Assembly (NCBI GenBank): GCA_963708075.1
Contig: OY970194.1
Span: forward strand, 1,664,001-1,728,000
From: Sedimentisphaerales bacterium
GTDB lineage: Bacteria > Planctomycetota > Phycisphaerae > Sedimentisphaerales > Anaerobacaceae
Direction: 5' to 3'
DNA: 64,000 nt
Shown here in pieces: positions 61,089 through 64,000 of this stretch. A program made the position numbers and the translations under genes. Within the stretch, counting starts at the first letter, position 1, and every line of letters starts with the position of its first letter. Under the pieces are notes generated by a model. It was not told where the DNA came from, made no database searches, and saw only the letters and a program-made list of their open reading frames with translations.

Positions 61089-64000
61089 CTATTGCGCCAA
61101 TCTCCCCATGGCGGAGTCGATCCGGTCCTTCATGATCTTGGGCATCGTGCCCGCCCCGACCTCCAGGGCCCGGCGATAGGCGGCCAGCGCCTTCTTGCCA
61201 TCGCCCAGCGCCTCGTGAACCATGCCCAGATGCTCGTACACCTCGGGCGGGGCCGTCCCTTGCACCTCGTACTGCTGGATCGCCGCCGTCAGCGATTGCA
61301 CCGCCTCGGCATTCCGGCCGTTCTTGTGCAAGACGAACGCATATGTATCCAGATAGTTGGCCTCGTTCGGCTTCTGCTCCAGCGCCTTTTTCGCATACTG
61401 CAGCGCATCGGCGAGCCTCAGGTTGCTCTGGGCCAACATGTACGCCAAATTATTCAATACGACACTGTTGTTGTTCTTCGGCGTTTTCTCCAGAAGACTT
61501 TCGTAGACACCGACAGCCTTTTCGAGATACGCATTATCGGAAGTCTTCTTGTGAGCGAGCACCAGGATCTGGGCCTTCTGTGCGATGTACTCGGTATGCT
61601 GCGGCGTATCCGGCGGGCACAACGCGATGCACTTGTCGATATAGTTGATAGCCTCGTTATAATCCTCCTTGATCTTGGCGAGGTTGAACATCGTGTAGTT
61701 GGCGGCTGCCGAACCCGGGTCTGTCCGAAGCCTCTCGTTGCAGTATTTTGAGACCTCGTCGCCGCCCATCAGGAGATAGACCCGCAGCAGCACCTCCACC
61801 GCCACCCGCTCGTTGGTCCACGCCTTGTCCACCGCCTTTCGGCAGTCGTCGCGGGCGGCCTCCACATCTCCGAACTTCTTCCTGGCCTCCGCCATTCGGC
61901 AGAGAGCGGCCGGGCCATAGGACGTGTCCACGTACTTTCCGCCCTCCTCAAGGGCCTTGTTCAGTTTCTCCGGATGCCACGCGCCCCCTGCTGCGGCGGA
62001 CTCGCCGGCGCCGAGGATCAGCGCGAGCAGGTACCCATCCAATGCGGCTGTGAAATTCAGATCGCGAACCGCCTCGGCCGGAGCCTGATTCGACGCGTCC
62101 TGCTGTTTGAGCCTGTACGCCTTTTCGTACAGCTCTTCCGCCCGGGCATAGTCACGCTGGTTGATCGCAAAGGTTGCGGCGCGATTGAGCCAATCGACAT
62201 TCTCCGGGTCCTTCGCCAACATATCGGCGTAGAGCTGCTTGACCGCATCGTTGCGGCCGAGATTCAGATAGATACGCTCCAGCAGTGCTCGTGCCTCACG
62301 CGGGGTCCCCGGCTTGTCGAGAATGCCCTTGAGCTCGGAGATGGCCTCCTCCTCCCTGCTCGCCCACAGGTACGCCTTGGCCAGCATCGTGGTCGTTACG
62401 GGATCGTCTTCCAGGGATCGACTCTTCTTCAGATCGGCCACCGCCTGGTCGTAGTCGCCTCTCAGGAAGCCGATCTCGCCCCGCAGCCGCCATGCCGCCG
62501 CGTTCTCCTGGCTGCCTTGCAGGTTTCGATTCACCAGCTCAAAGGCCCGATCCAGGTCTCCCTGCCGCTTCGCAACCAGCGCCTCCATCAGAAGGATCCG
62601 TGGCTCATCGGGATATCGCTCCTTGAGACTCTGCAGCTTGGGCTGCGCCTCCTGAACCAGCCCGATATCCAGATAGGCCCGGATCTGGCCGATCCGGTTG
62701 GCCGGGTTATCCTCCAGAGTCAGCAGCTCTTCCGAGTACTTCTTCACGGCGTCCGCATCCGCGGTTTCCTCGGCGACCAGAACCAAACCCTTCAACGCAT
62801 CCACGCGATTGGCCGGCTCGGTGTACATCTGCTGCAGGAGCTTCACCGCCTCACTGAACCGTCCCGTACGGAGATAATGACGCCACAGGAGCTGGCTGTC
62901 CTTGGACTCCGCGAGCAACTGCATGGCCTTGTCGTTTTCGCCTCTGGCACGGTAGTACTCGGCATAACTATCGAGCATGAGCTGATTGCCCGGCTCCAGT
63001 TTTCTGGCTTGTTGGAACGCCGATTCCGCCACGCCGAAAAGTGCCTGCTTCCTGTTCTCGTCCGTCTCCTTCAGGGCGACCTGTGTCGCCAGCTTTCCGA
63101 GCAGGACCGCGTTGGGAACGCTTGGCGCGCTGGCCTGTATAGTCTGGTACAGCGCCAGGGCCTTCATCGGATCGTCCTTGCCGATCATCTCGGCGTACGC
63201 GGTCAGCACGCTGACGTCCCGCGGGTCGAGGTGAATGGCCCGCTCGACGGCCTGCTTCGCCTCAAGCTCCTGTTCCGACGACAGCCTCTCGCCGAGCTGC
63301 TTGTTTCGCACGTACAAGGCACCTGCCAGGGTCTTGGCCACCAGAGGGTCCATCGGGTTGAGGCCGGCGGCCTTCTTGAGGTCTTCGATGGAGGCAAGCT
63401 GATTGCCCAGTGCGGCCTGGACGTTGCCCCGCAGCAAGTAGCCATACGAGAAGATCGGCCGCTGCCGCAGGCATTCATCCAGATGGGACAGAGCCTCTTT
63501 GTTCTCGCCCTTGGCAAACGCCAGCCGGGCGGCGAAGAGATATCCGCCGCAATCGTCCAGATTGTCCTGCCTGGCGATCCTGGCCACTTCCTCCGCAAGG
63601 CCCCAGTCCTTCTGGCGCCGCGCCAGGTCGAACAGGTAGCTGGCCGCCTCATGCCGGGGACTCAATTGTCTGGCGCAGGTAAGCCGGCTCTTCTCCAGCG
63701 CCTTGTGCGGTAGTAGTGTTGAGTACCTCCTGCCACTGCGCCGCGGCCAGGTCCGGTTTCTCCTGCTGCTGGTAGACCAGGCCAAGCTCGATCGACCGCC
63801 GCAGCGGGTCTTTGATCCCACGGACTGCCTGCTCGCGGATCTCCCGCCGTCGCGGTTCCGGACAACTCGATGGGTCAGGCTCCGAGAGCAGCTCTGCATA
63901 GAGCAACATCTCCACGCTTTCCGGGGCGTGCTTGAGAAACGCCTCGACGATCGCTTTGGCCGTTGCGGTTTCCTTTTGTGCGATGAGCGATTCACATATC
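61089..64000 (-). CDS. Second giant TPR protein (5' part beyond window; apparent frameshift ~63665)
   Basis: Continuous TPR helices; C-terminal 'VLNNLAY...YLDTYAFVL...VYEHLG'. The coding frame upstream of ~63665 is that of ORF 63649..63915, open to the window end. Confidence 0.85.
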   Translation of the reverse strand, partial: YVNRSSHKRKPQRPKRSSRRFSSTPRKAWRCCSMQSCSRSLTHRVVRNRDGGRSASRQSVGSKTRCGGRSSLAWSTSSRRNRTWPRRSGRRYSTLLPHKALEKSRLTCARQLSPRHEAASYLFDLARRQKDWGLAEEVARIARQDNLDDCGGYLFAARLAFAKGENKEALSHLDECLRQRPIFSYGYLLRGNVQAALGNQLASIEDLKKAAGLNPMDPLVAKTLAGALYVRNKQLGERLSSEQELEAKQAVERAIHLDPRDVSVLTAYAEMIGKDDPMKALALYQTIQASAPSVPNAVLLGKLATQVALKETDENRKQALFGVAESAFQQARKLEPGNQLMLDSYAEYYRARGENDKAMQLLAESKDSQLLWRHYLRTGRFSEAVKLLQQMYTEPANRVDALKGLVLVAEETADADAVKKYSEELLTLEDNPANRIGQIRAYLDIGLVQEAQPKLQSLKERYPDEPRILLMEALVAKRQGDLDRAFELVNRNLQGSQENAAAWRLRGEIGFLRGDYDQAVADLKKSRSLEDDPVTTTMLAKAYLWASREEEAISELKGILDKPGTPREARALLERIYLNLGRNDAVKQLYADMLAKDPENVDWLNRAATFAINQRDYARAEELYEKAYRLKQQDASNQAPAEAVRDLNFTAALDGYLLALILGAGESAAAGGAWHPEKLNKALEEGGKYVDTSYGPAALCRMAEARKKFGDVEAARDDCRKAVDKAWTNERVAVEVLLRVYLLMGGDEVSKYCNERLRTDPGSAAANYTMFNLAKIKEDYNEAINYIDKCIALCPPDTPQHTEYIAQKAQILVLAHKKTSDNAYLEKAVGVYESLLEKTPKNNNSVVLNNLAYMLAQSNLRLADALQYAKKALEQKPNEANYLDTYAFVLHKNGRNAEAVQSLTAAIQQYEVQGTAPPEVYEHLGMVHEALGDGKKALAAYRRALEVGAGTMPKIMKDRIDSAMGRLAQ

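Noticed and set aside
1..64000. CRISPR array, tRNA, rRNA, prophage or defence genes
   Set aside because: No regularly spaced repeats, cloverleaf or rRNA signatures, or phage/defence motifs were seen by eye.

Overview
GC-rich bacterial window, probably Planctomycetota (Phycisphaerae/Sedimentisphaerales-like; inferred from the PAP-type PEP-CTERM tails, short PheT and Tat-exported sulfatase). It is dominated by a ~40 kb minus-strand exopolysaccharide (EPS)/PEP-CTERM locus (about 7.9-47 kb). The locus holds amino-sugar synthesis genes (WbpB-like dehydrogenase, SDR, two DegT aminotransferases, formyl-, acetyl- and GNAT transferases), Wzx, a Wzy-GT2 fusion, a CEOS/CapK/CapA module, PssD/E, an AlgD-like dehydrogenase, exosortase, Wzc, a priming sugar transferase, a giant TPR protein, a LuxR-HTH protein and two PAP-CTERM surface proteins. 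An IS630 and a decayed second wzx lie inside it. Flanks carry tilS, a sulfatase, pilT, class II RNR, a Wza-like lipoprotein, a large beta-helix surface protein, pheT, a Ycf46-type AAA ATPase and a second Wzc/TPR module. The most striking observation is that both the exosortase and the priming glycosyltransferase carry an N-terminal, catalytically degenerate nucleotidyltransferase plus left-handed beta-helix (LbH) module, suggesting a pseudo-enzyme link between protein sorting and EPS initiation. About ten frameshifts in otherwise intact genes look like long-read indel errors. All family calls come from motif recognition by eye; no searches were run.
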